In this document: positions 9,442 to 20,254 of the stretch, in pieces
Layout of the letters: the number at the start of each line of letters is the position of its first letter
How positions within the stretch are numbered: position 1 is the stretch's first letter
Origin: an uncultured delta proteobacterium
GTDB taxonomy: Bacteria; Myxococcota_A; Polyangia; Fen-1088
Assembly (NCBI GenBank): GCA_963767925.1
Contig: CAVYGB010000008.1
Location: 1,920,001 to 1,984,000 of the forward strand
Length of the DNA: 64,000 nucleotides
Reading direction: 5' to 3'
The notes under the pieces: model-generated
Database searches by the model: none
What the model saw: only the letters and a program-made list of their open reading frames with translations
Told to the model about the DNA's origin: nothing
Program-made: the position numbers and the translations under genes

Positions 9442-9710
9442 GGCGCTCCCTTCGGTCGAGATCTCCCCAGCGCCGCAGGCTAGCAGGTGGGAGCCACGAT
9501 CCGGAGCGCGGGCGAAAACGTACTCCGCCCGGCAACCGGCCCGAAGCCTGCCGGAGGACCTGGGCGAAACCTGAGCGGGCTCGCCCTCGCGGTCGGCGCC
9601 TGCTCCCTGCAAGGTGGAGCGCCGCCGCTCCCGAGGGCCCCGCTCCCGCGAGGCGCGGGAGGGGCCGCCGGGCGGGCCGCCCGGGCCTGCAGGCCCGGGG
9701 TGTGGGGGGA

Positions 9711-10706
9711 TCAGGGTTCGCGCGAGACGGCGGTCCGGGGCCGGGCCTTGCTGGCGGCGGGCGACGACACGCCCGCGTTGGCCGAGCGCAGGTAGCGATA
9801 GACCTCGTCGTCGGTCGAGAGCACCAGCGAGGTCTGCTTGTCGACCGTGTCGCGGTACATGGTGAGGGTGCGGACGAAGCGGTAGAGTTCTCCATCGCGA
9901 CCATAGGCCGCCGAATAGATGCCCGCCGCCTCGGCGTCGGCCCGGCCCATGATCTCCTGACCCTTGCGGTAGGCCTCGGAGTCGATGCGCTTGAGCTCCC
10001 GCTCCTTCTTGCCCCGGATCTCGGCGCTCTTGCCCTGCCCCTCCGAGCGGTGGCGGTCGGCGATCCGCTTGCGCTCGGAGATCATGCGCTCGAAGACCTT
10101 GGTCTGGACGCTATCGACGTAGTTGATCCGCTGGATCTGCACGTCGACCAGCTCGACCCCGAACTCGGGCATCACGGTCGAGGACCGCTGCAGGATCATG
10201 CGGGTGATGCGATCACGGCCGTGAGCCACCTCCTGCCGGGCCTCCTCTTCGAGGATGTCCTGGGCTTCTTCCCCCTGCTCGAACGTCCGGTTCGAGCTCC
10301 GCACCACCTCGATGAGGTTGTGGCTGGCGATCACGTTCCGGGTCTCGCCGTCGATGATGTCGTCGAGGCGGGACTGCGCGCCCCGCTCGTCGCGCAGCCG
10401 CTGAAAGAAGCGCAGGGGATCGGCGATGCGCCAGCGGGCGTAGGTGTCCACCCAGATGTACTTCTTGTCCCGGGTGGGGACCTGGTTGGCGTCGCCGTCC
10501 CATTCCAGCCAGCGCTTGTCGAACACGTTGACGTCCTGGACGAACGGCAGCTTGACGTGGAGACCGGGAGCGACGACTGCCTGGCCGATCGGTCGCCCGA
10601 ACTGGGTGATGACCACCTGTTCGGTCTCCGAGACGGTGTAGAGGCCGGACCAGACCGTCACCAGCATCACCAGCGCGGCCAGGGAGATCGTGATGGCGCG
10701 ATTCAT
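9711..10706 (-). CDS. hflC: FtsH protease modulator HflC
   Basis: N-terminal TM, TQFGRP..PGLHVKLPFVQ, VDTYARWRIADP, RMISERKRIA; downstream of and overlapping hflK. Confidence 0.92.
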   Translation of the reverse strand: MNRAITISLAALVMLVTVWSGLYTVSETEQVVITQFGRPIGQAVVAPGLHVKLPFVQDVNVFDKRWLEWDGDANQVPTRDKKYIWVDTYARWRIADPLRFFQRLRDERGAQSRLDDIIDGETRNVIASHNLIEVVRSSNRTFEQGEEAQDILEEEARQEVAHGRDRITRMILQRSSTVMPEFGVELVDVQIQRINYVDSVQTKVFERMISERKRIADRHRSEGQGKSAEIRGKKERELKRIDSEAYRKGQEIMGRADAEAAGIYSAAYGRDGELYRFVRTLTMYRDTVDKQTSLVLSTDDEVYRYLRSANAGVSSPAASKARPRTAVSREP

Positions 10707-11731
10707 GGCTTCACCTCCGCGGTCTCCGTCGCCTTGCCCAGGGAAAACAGGGGCAGCAGACCTTTTGTCTGCTCGTCGAGCACCAGCTTGTGACCGGCCT
10801 TGGGCAACACCACCGACATGGTCTCGAGGTGCAAGCGGGTGCGGGTCACCTCGGGAGCCTTGCGGTACTCCTCCTGCAGCGCCAGGAACCGCTGGGCGTC
10901 GCCCTTGGCCCGGTTGACCCGGTCGATGGCGTAGCCCTCGGCGCCCTCGAGGAGCTGCTCGGCGCTGCCCCGGGCTCGCGGGATCTCCTGGTTGTACTCC
11001 GACCAGGCCTCGTTGATGGCCCGTTCGCGCTCCTGGATGGCCTGGTTGACCTCGTTGAAGGAGGCCTTCACCGCCTCGGGCGGATCCACGTCCTGCAACA
11101 CGAGCTGTTGCACGGTGATGCCGTTGTCGTAGAGCTTGCACATCTCGGCCAGCATCTCCTTGGCCCGGGTGGCGATCGCCTCCCGGCCCACCGTCAACAG
11201 CTCGGTCACGCTGTGGTCGCCGACCACCCGCCGCATGGCCGCCTCGGTCATCATGCGGAAGGTGGCTTCCACGTCGCGCAGCTTGAACAGGTATTTGTAG
11301 GGATCGGAGATCTTGTACTGGACGATCCACTCGACGGTGGCGACGTTGAGATCGCCGGTCAACATCAGCGCCTCGGCCGACGTCTTCTCGTCCTTGCGGA
11401 ACTCAGCCTCCACGCCCGAGCGGATGGTGCGAAAGCCGAACTCCTGCTTGAGCTGGCGCTGCACCGGCACCTTCTGCACCCGCTCGATCCCCAGGGGCAG
11501 CCGCAAGTGCGGTCCGGGGTTGGTGGTGCGGACGAAGCGCGAGAAGCGGGTCACGACCCCGACCTCGTCGGGCTCGACCTGGTAAAAGGTCGTCGCCAGC
11601 ACGAGCAGGAGCAACAGCACGAGCCCGCCCTTCCAGACCAGCGATCGGCGAAGCAGGACCTGCTCCCGCACCTGGAGCATCATCCGTCGCAGATCATCCG
11701 GCGAGCTCCAATCGAACTCATTTCCCGACAT
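10703..11731 (-). CDS. hflK: FtsH protease modulator HflK
   Basis: SPFH domain: MLTGDLNVA.VEW.VQYKI.DP, VDPPEAVKASFNEV, IPRARGSA, APEVTRTRLHLETM. Confidence 0.92.
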   Translation of the reverse strand: MSGNEFDWSSPDDLRRMMLQVREQVLLRRSLVWKGGLVLLLLLVLATTFYQVEPDEVGVVTRFSRFVRTTNPGPHLRLPLGIERVQKVPVQRQLKQEFGFRTIRSGVEAEFRKDEKTSAEALMLTGDLNVATVEWIVQYKISDPYKYLFKLRDVEATFRMMTEAAMRRVVGDHSVTELLTVGREAIATRAKEMLAEMCKLYDNGITVQQLVLQDVDPPEAVKASFNEVNQAIQERERAINEAWSEYNQEIPRARGSAEQLLEGAEGYAIDRVNRAKGDAQRFLALQEEYRKAPEVTRTRLHLETMSVVLPKAGHKLVLDEQTKGLLPLFSLGKATETAEVKP

Positions 11732-11882
11732 GCGCGCAGGCTCCCACGGTTACCCCGCCGAAGCCATGGCAATCGTCCGCGCGCGGCACGCGTGCCTCGG
11801 AGCGCGCCTGAGCGGGAAGAATGTCTGTTCGTTCGGTACTCGGTGGTTGACGGGACCGCCCGCGTAACGAAGTGTTGCCACC

Positions 11883-12167
11883 ATGACAAACGAGGAGTCG
11901 GGGACGAAGATGATGCAGGAGGACTGGATACCCTCCGGGCAAGAGATGTGGCAGTTCCAGACCGCCGACGGCTACGTCGGAAATGCCTACTGGAAGGCAG
12001 CCGGCGCGGCCATCGCGGTCACCCGACCGGACGGCAGCGACCTGGTCAAGAAGGTCTGGCGGGCGCGGGAGATCTTCCCTGCGGCCTGGCCGGGCATGTT
12101 CGCCTGGCTCAAGGTGCACGTCCGCGAGCAAATCTCCGCGGACCGGGCCAAGCGCGAGCAGAGCTAG
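11883..12167 (+). CDS. Hypothetical protein
   Basis: Protein-like 94-aa ORF filling the gap between hflK and dbpA; start may be 11910. Confidence 0.6.
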   Translation: MTNEESGTKMMQEDWIPSGQEMWQFQTADGYVGNAYWKAAGAAIAVTRPDGSDLVKKVWRAREIFPAAWPGMFAWLKVHVREQISADRAKREQS

Positions 12168-12200
12168 GACCGTCGGTCGGCGAACCGGCCGGCGGCTGTC

Positions 12201-13574
12201 TCAGCCGAGGCGACGGAGGCGGAGGGACTTGCCCTTGATCTTTCCGCCACGCAGCTTCTCGATGGCGGCGTCGGCGAGCTCCCTCTTGATGGCGACGTAG
12301 GTGCGGGCCGGGAGGACGTCGATCTTCCCCACCGCCTCCCCGGGCAAGCCCACATCGCCGGTCAACGCGCCCAGCACATCCCCCGGGCGCAGCTTGTCCT
12401 GCTTGCCCCGCTCGATGAGGACGGTGACCATGGGTGGCGGGCGCGGAGGCTCGGAGCCCGCCTTGGAATCGAGCTTTCCCCAGCGAAGGGGCCCCTTGCT
12501 TCGACCTTCGATGGCGCTCCAGCGATCGCGCTCCCGGCGGGCGCAGAGACTGAGGGCCAGGCCCTTGCTCCCCGCTCGCCCGGTCCGGCCGATCCGGTGC
12601 ACGTGCACGTCGGGGTCGACCGGCAGCTCCCAGGAAATCACGACGGAGAGGTCCTTGATGTCCAGGCCCCGGGCGGCGATGTCGGTGGCCACCAGCACCG
12701 CGCAGCTCCGGTGGGCGAAGCGCAGGAGGACCTCGTCGCGCTCCCGCTGGTCGAGCTCGCCATGCAGGGCGAGGGCGGAGAAGCCCGCCGCTTGCAGCCC
12801 GGCTGCCACCTCGCGCGTGTCGTTCCGGGTGTGGCAGAAGACCAGCGCCGACTCGGGCGCCCGATCGCGCAGCAAGGTGGTCAGGGCGGCCAGCTTGGCG
12901 GCCGGCTCCACCTCGTAAAAGACCTGCTCGCGCTCGACCTCGCCCGCTTCGAGGTCGACGGTGACCTCGACCGGCTGCCGCTGGAACGTCCGGCTGAGGG
13001 TGCGGACGTCGGCCGGAAAGGTCGCCGAGAACAGGACGGTCTGCCGGTCAGGGGGGGTGTGCGCGGCGACGGCGGCGATGGCGTCGACGAACCCCATGTC
13101 GAGCATCCGATCCGCCTCGTCGAGGACCAGCACCCCCAGCCCATCGAGCTTGACCGTCTCGCGGCGCAGGTGGTCCTGGATGCGGCCCGGGGTGCCCACC
13201 ACCACCTGGGGCGTGCGTTGCAGGGCCGGCCGCTGCGTCCGCAGCGGCACGCCCCCACAGAGGGTGACGACGCGCAGGTTGGGGATGAAGCGCGCCAGCC
13301 GGCGAAGCTCGCTGCTCACCTGGTCGGCCAGCTCCCTGGTGGGGCAGAGCACCAGCGCTTGCACCCGATCCGCGTCGACGTCCAGTCGCGACAGCAGCGC
13401 CAGGCCGAAGGCGAGGGTCTTGCCGCTGCCGGCGCGGGCCTGGGCGATGACGTCTTTGCCCGCGAGCAACGGCGGCAGGGCCTGCTCCTGCACGGGCGTC
13501 ATCTCCGCGAAGCCCAGCACCTCGATCGCCTTCGCCAGCGACGCACTCAGTCCGAAAGCGGTGAAGGCAGTCAT
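12201..13574 (-). CDS. dbpA: ATP-dependent RNA helicase DbpA
   Basis: AGSGKT, PTRELA, TPGR, LDEADRML, FSAT, HRIGRTGRAG and the DbpA RNA-binding domain (GKQDKLRPGDVLGALTG). Confidence 0.93.
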   Translation of the reverse strand: MTAFTAFGLSASLAKAIEVLGFAEMTPVQEQALPPLLAGKDVIAQARAGSGKTLAFGLALLSRLDVDADRVQALVLCPTRELADQVSSELRRLARFIPNLRVVTLCGGVPLRTQRPALQRTPQVVVGTPGRIQDHLRRETVKLDGLGVLVLDEADRMLDMGFVDAIAAVAAHTPPDRQTVLFSATFPADVRTLSRTFQRQPVEVTVDLEAGEVEREQVFYEVEPAAKLAALTTLLRDRAPESALVFCHTRNDTREVAAGLQAAGFSALALHGELDQRERDEVLLRFAHRSCAVLVATDIAARGLDIKDLSVVISWELPVDPDVHVHRIGRTGRAGSKGLALSLCARRERDRWSAIEGRSKGPLRWGKLDSKAGSEPPRPPPMVTVLIERGKQDKLRPGDVLGALTGDVGLPGEAVGKIDVLPARTYVAIKRELADAAIEKLRGGKIKGKSLRLRRLG

Positions 13575-13645
13575 GTGCGCACACGTATCACACCCCTCCG
13601 GGGAGCGGGGAACCGCCCCCGGAGGGGTTCCAGCCTCGAACGGGG

Positions 13646-14119
13646 CTAGACGCGGGCGGCACCTACCGGCTGGGCCCCGGGCTCGCGCCGGGTCATTCCG
13701 TCGAGGGAGGCGAGCCCCCCGCCCCGGGCGGCGATGTACAGGAAGACGAAGCAATAGATGGCGGCCAGCTCACCCCGGTTCAGCGTGGGGATCCACATCG
13801 CCCCGGCGAGGGCAAACTTCCAGTGGAACTGGATGTAGGCAACCGCCATCGTCCCCGAGACGAGGAAGGCGGCCGGACGGGTGAAGAGGCCGAGCGCGGC
13901 GAGCGCGCCTCCCAGGAGCTCGATCATCCCCCCGAACCAGAGCTGCGAGCCCACCGCCGGCACGAAGCCGGCGGCTTGCCAGCCGACGACCTTCTGCACG
14001 CCATGGAAGGCCAGCATGGCGCCGGCGACGATCCGCATGGCCGCATAGATGAACGGTTCGGCCCGAGCGGCGAGGGACTTGATGCTTGTGTTGGTCACGG
14101 GGGGTTTCCTTTTTCTCAA
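13646..14119 (-). CDS. DoxX family membrane protein
   Basis: RIVAG...FHGVQK, GMIELLGG..LGLFTRPAAFL.SGTMAVAY, ELAAIYCFVFL. Confidence 0.88.
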   Translation of the reverse strand: MRKRKPPVTNTSIKSLAARAEPFIYAAMRIVAGAMLAFHGVQKVVGWQAAGFVPAVGSQLWFGGMIELLGGALAALGLFTRPAAFLVSGTMAVAYIQFHWKFALAGAMWIPTLNRGELAAIYCFVFLYIAARGGGLASLDGMTRREPGAQPVGAARV

Positions 14120-14990
14120 TACCGGCGAAAGGTGCCGGCCCGGTAGCGATCGAATGCCTGAACGATGTCCTGGAGGCTGTCCCCGATGAACGGCCCGTGA
14201 GAGACGATGGGGACGTTCTGGCGCTGGCCCGAATAGAAGAGCGCCCGCAGCGGCTCCGGGCCGGCGTTTGCGATCAGCAGGGTGCCCTCGCCGTCTTCGT
14301 CGCCACCTTGCCCGGGGCGATCGAGCCAGCCGACCTGTCCCGTGCGAAGGGGCGTGGCCTCGGCGCCGATGCGGGCCTCTCCTCGCAACGGGTACAGGAA
14401 CCCGTTGTGTGACGGCGATACTGCCTGATCGATGGCGGCGCCAGGTTGAAGGCTGATGTCGGCGAGGGTGATCGGCACCCGGTTCCGGGTCGGTGAACGA
14501 AGCGTGCCGCTCTGACCGCTGTAGAGGCGGACCTCCGCGCCGGGCGCCTGCCGCAGGGGTGCTCCCGCGGCGGGGACGAGCTGATTGTCCGGGTCGGTCC
14601 AGCGGTCGGACGAGGCAAGGTCACCCAGAGCTGCAGGACGCGTAGCCGACCTTCGACCGGTGCGGTCGAGCCGTGCACGATGCCGCTGCCGGTGGTGGTC
14701 CACTCGACATCTCCCGGGGCCAGACGGCCGGAGCCCCCTTCTGCATGGAGCTGACCGTCCACCGGGAAGGCGACGGTCTCGAAGCCGGCGTGGGGGTGGG
14801 GTCCGCCGATCAACTTGCCGTCGATCCGATCGTCCATCAGCAAGATGAAGGGATCGGCGCGGGGCCACTGATCGGGGGTGATCACCTCGACAACCCGATG
14901 GTCGGGGCCGAACTGCCCCGGTTTGGGGGGCGGCTGCGTGACCACCCGCGCGAGCTTGCAGCACTTGATGTCTTGCGTTATTTCCCTCAT
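14116..14990 (-). CDS. Pirin family protein (1-nt frameshift near 14615, probably an assembly error)
   Basis: N half DPFILLMDD..HPHAGFETV..WTTTGSGIVH..LQLWVTLP in one frame; C half ..VPIVSHGPFIG..AFDRYRAG in another frame. Confidence 0.85.
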
Positions 14991-15045
14991 CCTGATTCGC
15001 CGGTCTGGACGTGTCAGACTATGAGGGACTCCTGCTGGACGTTCC

Positions 15046-16104
15046 ATGCCTTCCAGTCCAAAGAATTTGCCTGATCGTCCAGGTCCGCTGGAGGATCCGG
15101 CAACAGACATCCTCGCCGATCTGCTCAGCAGCCTGCGCCTGACGACCCTCGTCTACGGCCGGATGGAGCTGGGCGCCCCGTGGGGCCTGCGCTTCCCCGA
15201 TCAGGTCGACGCCGTCAGCCTGTACGTCATCGCCCGGGGAGGCGCGCAGCTCGTCCTCGAACATCCCCGTCGGGAACAGGCGCCGGCCACGGTGCTGGCG
15301 GCGGGCGACGTCGCCCTCTTGCCCGACGGCGGCAGCCACGTCCTGCGCGACGGCGAGGGCAGTCCCGTGCACGTTCTCGGGGAAGGGGCCTGCCGCCGAT
15401 CCTCGCCGCTGGCAGCGCGACCGATCCACCTGGGGGGCGAGGGTGCGCCCACCACGCTGGTGGCTGGCGCCTTTCACGTGGGGGCCTCCCGGCGAACCCT
15501 CCTGCTGCAATCGTTGCCCCCGATCATCCACATCTCCGCCTCGGATCCGCAGGCCTCGCCCTGGCTGGCGTCGACCGTCCAGCTCCTCATCGGGGAGAGC
15601 GGCGCGCGTTCGCCGGGAGGCACGGTGGTGGTGAGCCGCCTGGTGGACGTGTTGCTGATCCAGGCCCTGCGCACCTTCGTCACGGGCGCCCCGAGCCAGG
15701 ATCACGGCGGGCACCGGCTGTGTGCACTGGCCGATCCCCAGATCGGGCGGGCCCTGCAACAGATTCACGCCCGGCCCGCCGAGGCCTGGACCGTCGAGGG
15801 CCTCGCCGGGGCGGTGGGCCTGTCGCGATCGGGCTTCGCCGCGCGCTTCTCCGAGCTTGTCGGCGAGCCTCCCCTCGAATACGTGGCCCGCTGGCGCATG
15901 ACGAAGGCCGCCGAGCTCCTGCGCGAGAGCGACCTGTCGATGGGCCAGGTCGCCGAGCAGGTCGGCTACCACAGCGAGACCGCCTTCAACCGGGCCTTCA
16001 AGCGCTGGGAAGGGACCGCGCCGGCCAGCTACCGCCGCCAGCAGAGCACGGCCCCGGTCCGGGGCGGGCGGGCCGCGCGAGCTCCTGCCGACCCACCGCG
16101 ATGA
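15046..16104 (+). CDS. AraC family transcriptional regulator (cupin + HTH)
   Basis: WTVEGLAGAVGLSRSGFAARF..VGEPP..Y..RWRM, VGYHSETAFNRAFKR; divergent from the pirin-doxX pair. Confidence 0.92.
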   Translation: MPSSPKNLPDRPGPLEDPATDILADLLSSLRLTTLVYGRMELGAPWGLRFPDQVDAVSLYVIARGGAQLVLEHPRREQAPATVLAAGDVALLPDGGSHVLRDGEGSPVHVLGEGACRRSSPLAARPIHLGGEGAPTTLVAGAFHVGASRRTLLLQSLPPIIHISASDPQASPWLASTVQLLIGESGARSPGGTVVVSRLVDVLLIQALRTFVTGAPSQDHGGHRLCALADPQIGRALQQIHARPAEAWTVEGLAGAVGLSRSGFAARFSELVGEPPLEYVARWRMTKAAELLRESDLSMGQVAEQVGYHSETAFNRAFKRWEGTAPASYRRQQSTAPVRGGRAARAPADPPR

Positions 16105-16201
16105 CCCGGCCACCGGACGGTCGGCAGCGGGATGGCACGGCCAGAGCGGTCGCCCGAAACGGCGCGCGGGCATTGCCCCGGCGACGTGGTACACCGACGG
16201 C

Positions 16202-16990
16202 GTGAGACGCCGCGAAGGCGAGAGCAAGATCTACGGGGTCCACGCCTGCCGGGCGCTGTTCGCCCGGCGGCCGCAGGACATCCTCAAGCTGTTCCTCACC
16301 GAGGAGCGCGCGCGGGAGATGGGCGACCAGCTCCGGTACTGCGCCCAGCAGCGGCGGCCCTACCGCGTCGTCCCCGAGGGGGATCTGGAGAAGCTCACCG
16401 AGAGCCGCCACCACGAGGGGATCTGCATCCTGGCCCGCGACCCCGCGATCCCCGACCTGGCGGAGGTCTTCGGCGATCCGGGGGCGGGCTGCGTGCTGGC
16501 GCTGGTGGACGTCGGTAACCCCCACAACGTGGGGGCCATCCTGCGCAGCGCCGCCCACTTCGGAGCCCGGGCGGTACTGCTGCCGGGTGCGCAGACCCGT
16601 CTGCCGGCGGCCGCCGCCCGCACTGCCCAGGGCGGCGCGGAGTGGCTGGACATCGTCCACGAGCCCGACCTGCAGCGGATCCTCGTGGCGGCGCGGGCCG
16701 GCGGCTTCGCCATCGCCGCCACCGGCAGCCGGGGTGGCCGGGACCTGTACGCCACCGCCCTGCCCCCCCGGCTGTTGCTCCTGATGGGGTCCGAAGAGCG
16801 CGGCCTTCCTCCCGAGATCTTCGCGGCCGCCGAGGAGGTCCTGAGCGTACCCGGCACCGGCAACGTGGAGAGCCTCAACGTCGCCGCGGCCACCGCGGTG
16901 CTGCTCGGCGAGTTCTGGCGGCAGCACCGACGCGCCGGGGCCCCGGCCCGCCCGAAGGCCGGCGGCCGGCGGCCGGTGGCGAGGCGGTGA
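16202..16990 (+). CDS. TrmH/SpoU family RNA methyltransferase
   Basis: NPHNVGAILRSAAHFG, LMGSEERGL, VESLNVAAA; true start may be 16101 with a frameshift. Confidence 0.9.
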   Translation: MRRREGESKIYGVHACRALFARRPQDILKLFLTEERAREMGDQLRYCAQQRRPYRVVPEGDLEKLTESRHHEGICILARDPAIPDLAEVFGDPGAGCVLALVDVGNPHNVGAILRSAAHFGARAVLLPGAQTRLPAAAARTAQGGAEWLDIVHEPDLQRILVAARAGGFAIAATGSRGGRDLYATALPPRLLLLMGSEERGLPPEIFAAAEEVLSVPGTGNVESLNVAAATAVLLGEFWRQHRRAGAPARPKAGGRRPVARR

Positions 16991-16997
16991 GCTCCGG

Positions 16998-17696
16998 ATG
17001 ACCCGTCCGGCCCACCACGAACACCATCGTTCCGGCAGGGTCGGCTGGCTGCGGGCCGCCGTGCTCGGCGCCAACGACGGGACCGTCTCCACCGCCGCCC
17101 TCCTCGTCGGCGTCGCCGCCAGCGGCGCCGAGCCCGGCATGGTGCTCACCAGCGGCATCGCCGGCGCGGTGGCCGGTGCCATGTCGATGGCCGCCGGAGA
17201 ATACGTGTCCGTGAAGTCGCAGGCCGACGCGGAGCGAGCCGACCTCGCCATCGAGCGGCGCGAGCTCGCCGAGAGCGCCGACCTGGAGCTGCAGGAGCTG
17301 GCGGCCATCTACCGGCGTCGTGGGCTGTCACAGGAGCTCGCCCAGCGGGTCGCCGAGGAGCTCACGGCGAAAAATGCCCTCGACGCCCACGCCCGGGACG
17401 AGCTGGGCATCACGGAGTCCCGGGCGGCCCGCCCGATCCAGGCAGCCCTGGCGTCGGCGACGTCCTTCGCCGTGGGTTCCCTCCTTCCCCTGGCCGGCGC
17501 GCTGCTGGCCCCGCAGGCCTTGCTGAGAGCGACCGTCATCCTCCTCACGCTGGTCAGCCTCCTCATCACCGGGGGCCTGGCCGCCCGCACCGGAGGCGCT
17601 CCCATCCTCCGCGGCGCCATCCGCCTCGCCTTCTGGGGCTCCCTGGCGATGCTGGCCACCAACCTCGTCGGCCGCCTCTTCAACGCCCCGATCTAG
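16998..17696 (+). CDS. VIT1/CCC1 family metal transporter
   Basis: WLRAAVLGANDG, AGAMSMAAGEYVSVKSQAD, HARDELGI. Confidence 0.92.
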   Translation: MTRPAHHEHHRSGRVGWLRAAVLGANDGTVSTAALLVGVAASGAEPGMVLTSGIAGAVAGAMSMAAGEYVSVKSQADAERADLAIERRELAESADLELQELAAIYRRRGLSQELAQRVAEELTAKNALDAHARDELGITESRAARPIQAALASATSFAVGSLLPLAGALLAPQALLRATVILLTLVSLLITGGLAARTGGAPILRGAIRLAFWGSLAMLATNLVGRLFNAPI

Positions 17697-18000
17697 TGCA
17701 CCGGCTTCGAATCAGCGTCGAAGACGGCGCACGAGCACCTGCGCTGTCGCCAGGGCCGCGGCGCATTGTGAAGGAGCGGAGAGCCGCCTGCTCGAACCGC
17801 TTCGGCCGAGACTTCGCCTCCGAGAGGGCGGTTTTCTTCGAGCAATCCAGGCAAGTATCGCGCCGACGCGTCGCCCTGGGATCCGCGTTCTGGACCGTTG
17901 AGGCTGCCGGCGCCGGTTATCGGAGCCGAAATCGGCGCTCGCCGCTGTACGATTTGTCGTGCCCCGAGGGTCGCGACCGCTCAGGGTTGGCCCCGTGAAC

Positions 18001-18282
18001 ATGGAACCAGGCATCGGTGGGACAGAGTTCATCGACGACCAGAAGCGCTCCCGGGGCATGGCCAGCCTCGTGACCAAGCGCAGCCGTGCTCAGTCGGATC
18101 TGACGGTCATCGATGTGGTGGGCGCCGACGCGCGGCTGACCGCCTTTCTGTCCCAGCTCGTCCGGAGCAGCCTCGTGGTCCAGGAACCAGATGGCGGCAG
18201 CACCCTGTTCAGCTTCCAGTGGGCGTCGGGCTTCGTGAACGGGCCCGACATCCGCATCCAGGGCCTCCTCGAGCGAACCTGA
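18001..18282 (+). CDS. Hypothetical protein
   Basis: Protein-like 93-aa ORF; no family recognised. Confidence 0.45.
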   Translation: MEPGIGGTEFIDDQKRSRGMASLVTKRSRAQSDLTVIDVVGADARLTAFLSQLVRSSLVVQEPDGGSTLFSFQWASGFVNGPDIRIQGLLERT

Positions 18283-18474
18283 TTCACGGGCCGCCGGGCG
18301 CACGACAAGCGAGCTGCTCGCCCCTTGCGCCGGAGTTGGCCGCTGCTGGCTGGACGCTTCGGACGTCCAAGCGCGAAGCTGGCCTTCTCGCCTTCGCCGC
18401 CCACGGTTGGGTAGGTCTTGGCTGGCGTGCGACAGATAACCGGTGACGGAGACCGGGTCAGCCTCACTAACTGA

Positions 18475-19443
18475 GTGATGATCACACGACCGTTGACCGG
18501 GAAGGGCCGCGCCGCGTACGCCTGCATCGTTCTGCTCTGTGGGGCCACGGCGGTCGGTTGCGGGATGGATTCAGACAACGCCGCAGAGGGGCCGCCGCCG
18601 GCCGCAAGCGCCCCCGGCGCGCCCGCGCCCACTGAAGGCGGAGGACGGCCGCCCGCCCCGGAGACAGGGGCCGGTGGTGCGGTCGTGCCGCCTCCCGCAC
18701 CGTCGCCTGCGCCCAGCCCGCCCACGCCGCCCGAGCCCGCGCCTCCAGGGATGGCGCCGCCCAATCCGACCACCCCGCCAACCGGGATCGATCCAGGCAC
18801 GCCGCCGGCGCCGCCCGCCGTCGCCCCGCCACTGACCGGCGCTGCGCCCTACGGCTGCACCGGGTGCACGCGGCTGTTCAACGGCGTGGATCTCGAGGGG
18901 TGGGAGACGGCCCCCGGCGCCTGGGTGGTCCAGAACGGTGTCCTGGCCAGCACCGGCAAGGTGCCCGGCGAGCTCTACACGAAGGAAGATCTCGGCAGCT
19001 ACCGCATCTTCTTCCAGGTTCGCCACGTCAAGGCGATGGGCGGCAAGGACCATCAATCTTGCACCACCCTGTTCGGCAAGCGGCCGGCTGACCCAGCGAG
19101 CGCCCGGTCCGGGATCAGCGGGGCGCAATTTCAGCCCCCCAGCGGCTACTCCTGGGACTACGGCGCCGGCGGCAGCTTCAAGGGGGCTTCGCCCCGTCCG
19201 AAGTTCGACAACAAGCAGTGGCACCAGTGCGAAGTGCTGGTGAAGGAGGCGGGCTCATTCCGCGCGGCCTGCTGCACGATGGGAGAGACGGCCTGCAAGA
19301 CCGTCGAGGTCCTGAGCTGGACGGGCACCGGCCGCAAGCACCCCTTCAACATCCAGATGCACAACGGCGGCCTGTTCGACGAGTACAAGGAGCTCTGGAT
19401 CGAACGCGATCCGACCGTCGACGACCTGCTCTCGAACAAGTAA
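18475..19443 (+). CDS. DUF1080 (3-keto-disaccharide hydrolase-like) lipoprotein with Pro-rich linker
   Basis: Lipobox-like AVGC, Pro-rich linker, LFNGVDLEGW..W.VQNGVL..LYTKE, IQMHNGG..YKELWI. Confidence 0.8.
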   Translation: MMITRPLTGKGRAAYACIVLLCGATAVGCGMDSDNAAEGPPPAASAPGAPAPTEGGGRPPAPETGAGGAVVPPPAPSPAPSPPTPPEPAPPGMAPPNPTTPPTGIDPGTPPAPPAVAPPLTGAAPYGCTGCTRLFNGVDLEGWETAPGAWVVQNGVLASTGKVPGELYTKEDLGSYRIFFQVRHVKAMGGKDHQSCTTLFGKRPADPASARSGISGAQFQPPSGYSWDYGAGGSFKGASPRPKFDNKQWHQCEVLVKEAGSFRAACCTMGETACKTVEVLSWTGTGRKHPFNIQMHNGGLFDEYKELWIERDPTVDDLLSNK

Positions 19444-19491
19444 CTGCGGCGGTGGACGGACCACCCTGACCCCGCCTACGCTCCGGCGGGC

Positions 19492-20196
19492 ATGCCCGAA
19501 TCGTTGACCCTGGCCCCGACGCCGTCCCCCCGCACCTTCCGCGCTCCCGACGGATCCCTGCTGACGCCGCCCGCCGACTGGGCCTGTCTTCCCCCCGGGG
19601 ACGCCGGGCTCACCCGGCGGGTGAAGGCGGCCGGGCCGTCCTGGGTCGTGGTGGAGAAGCGCGGACGCAAGATCTTCTCACAGGGTCTCTGGGCCCCGGC
19701 GGTCAACATCGCACAGGCGCGCGCGATCCTGGTCGCCGAACGCGCGACAGACAGCTACGCCAGGCGCCGCGAACAGGACCTGCGCCGGCGTGAAACCCAG
19801 CAGTCCGCCTACGTGGAGCGCTTCGAATCCGAGGTGCTCGCCTTCCTCGACTTCTCCCCCCGCTGGCGCAGCCTGGCCGCCAGCCTGGCCGCGCAGGTCA
19901 CCGCCCTGGCCACGCCCGTGGGCAGCGGCACGGTCGCCCGGACCACACGGATCCCCGTCGACCAGCGGGCCGAAGCCGCCTTGGTGGCCTGGATGCGCCA
20001 CCAGACCACCCTCTACGACCGCCTGAAGATCCCGCGCATCAAAGGCATGCGCCGCCAGGTGCGCCGCGAGCTGGCCTCGATCTCGCGCGTCGTCCTGGAT
20101 CGCCACCGCCTCGACGATGGCCACGACGCCGCCCCCGCCGGCCCCTGCCCCCTCTGCGCGGCCCTGGCCCCGGGAACCCCGGCCCCGGAGCGCTGA
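19492..20196 (+). CDS. DUF2293-domain protein
   Basis: LPPGDAGLTRRVK, KIFSQGLWAP, ATPVGSGTVART, AWMRHQTT.YD. Confidence 0.82.
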   Translation: MPESLTLAPTPSPRTFRAPDGSLLTPPADWACLPPGDAGLTRRVKAAGPSWVVVEKRGRKIFSQGLWAPAVNIAQARAILVAERATDSYARRREQDLRRRETQQSAYVERFESEVLAFLDFSPRWRSLAASLAAQVTALATPVGSGTVARTTRIPVDQRAEAALVAWMRHQTTLYDRLKIPRIKGMRRQVRRELASISRVVLDRHRLDDGHDAAPAGPCPLCAALAPGTPAPER

Positions 20197-20254
20197 GGTT
20201 CCGGACCTCCTCCGCGCCCGGCCCGCCCTCCGCCAGCGATCGAAATGAGCGGCC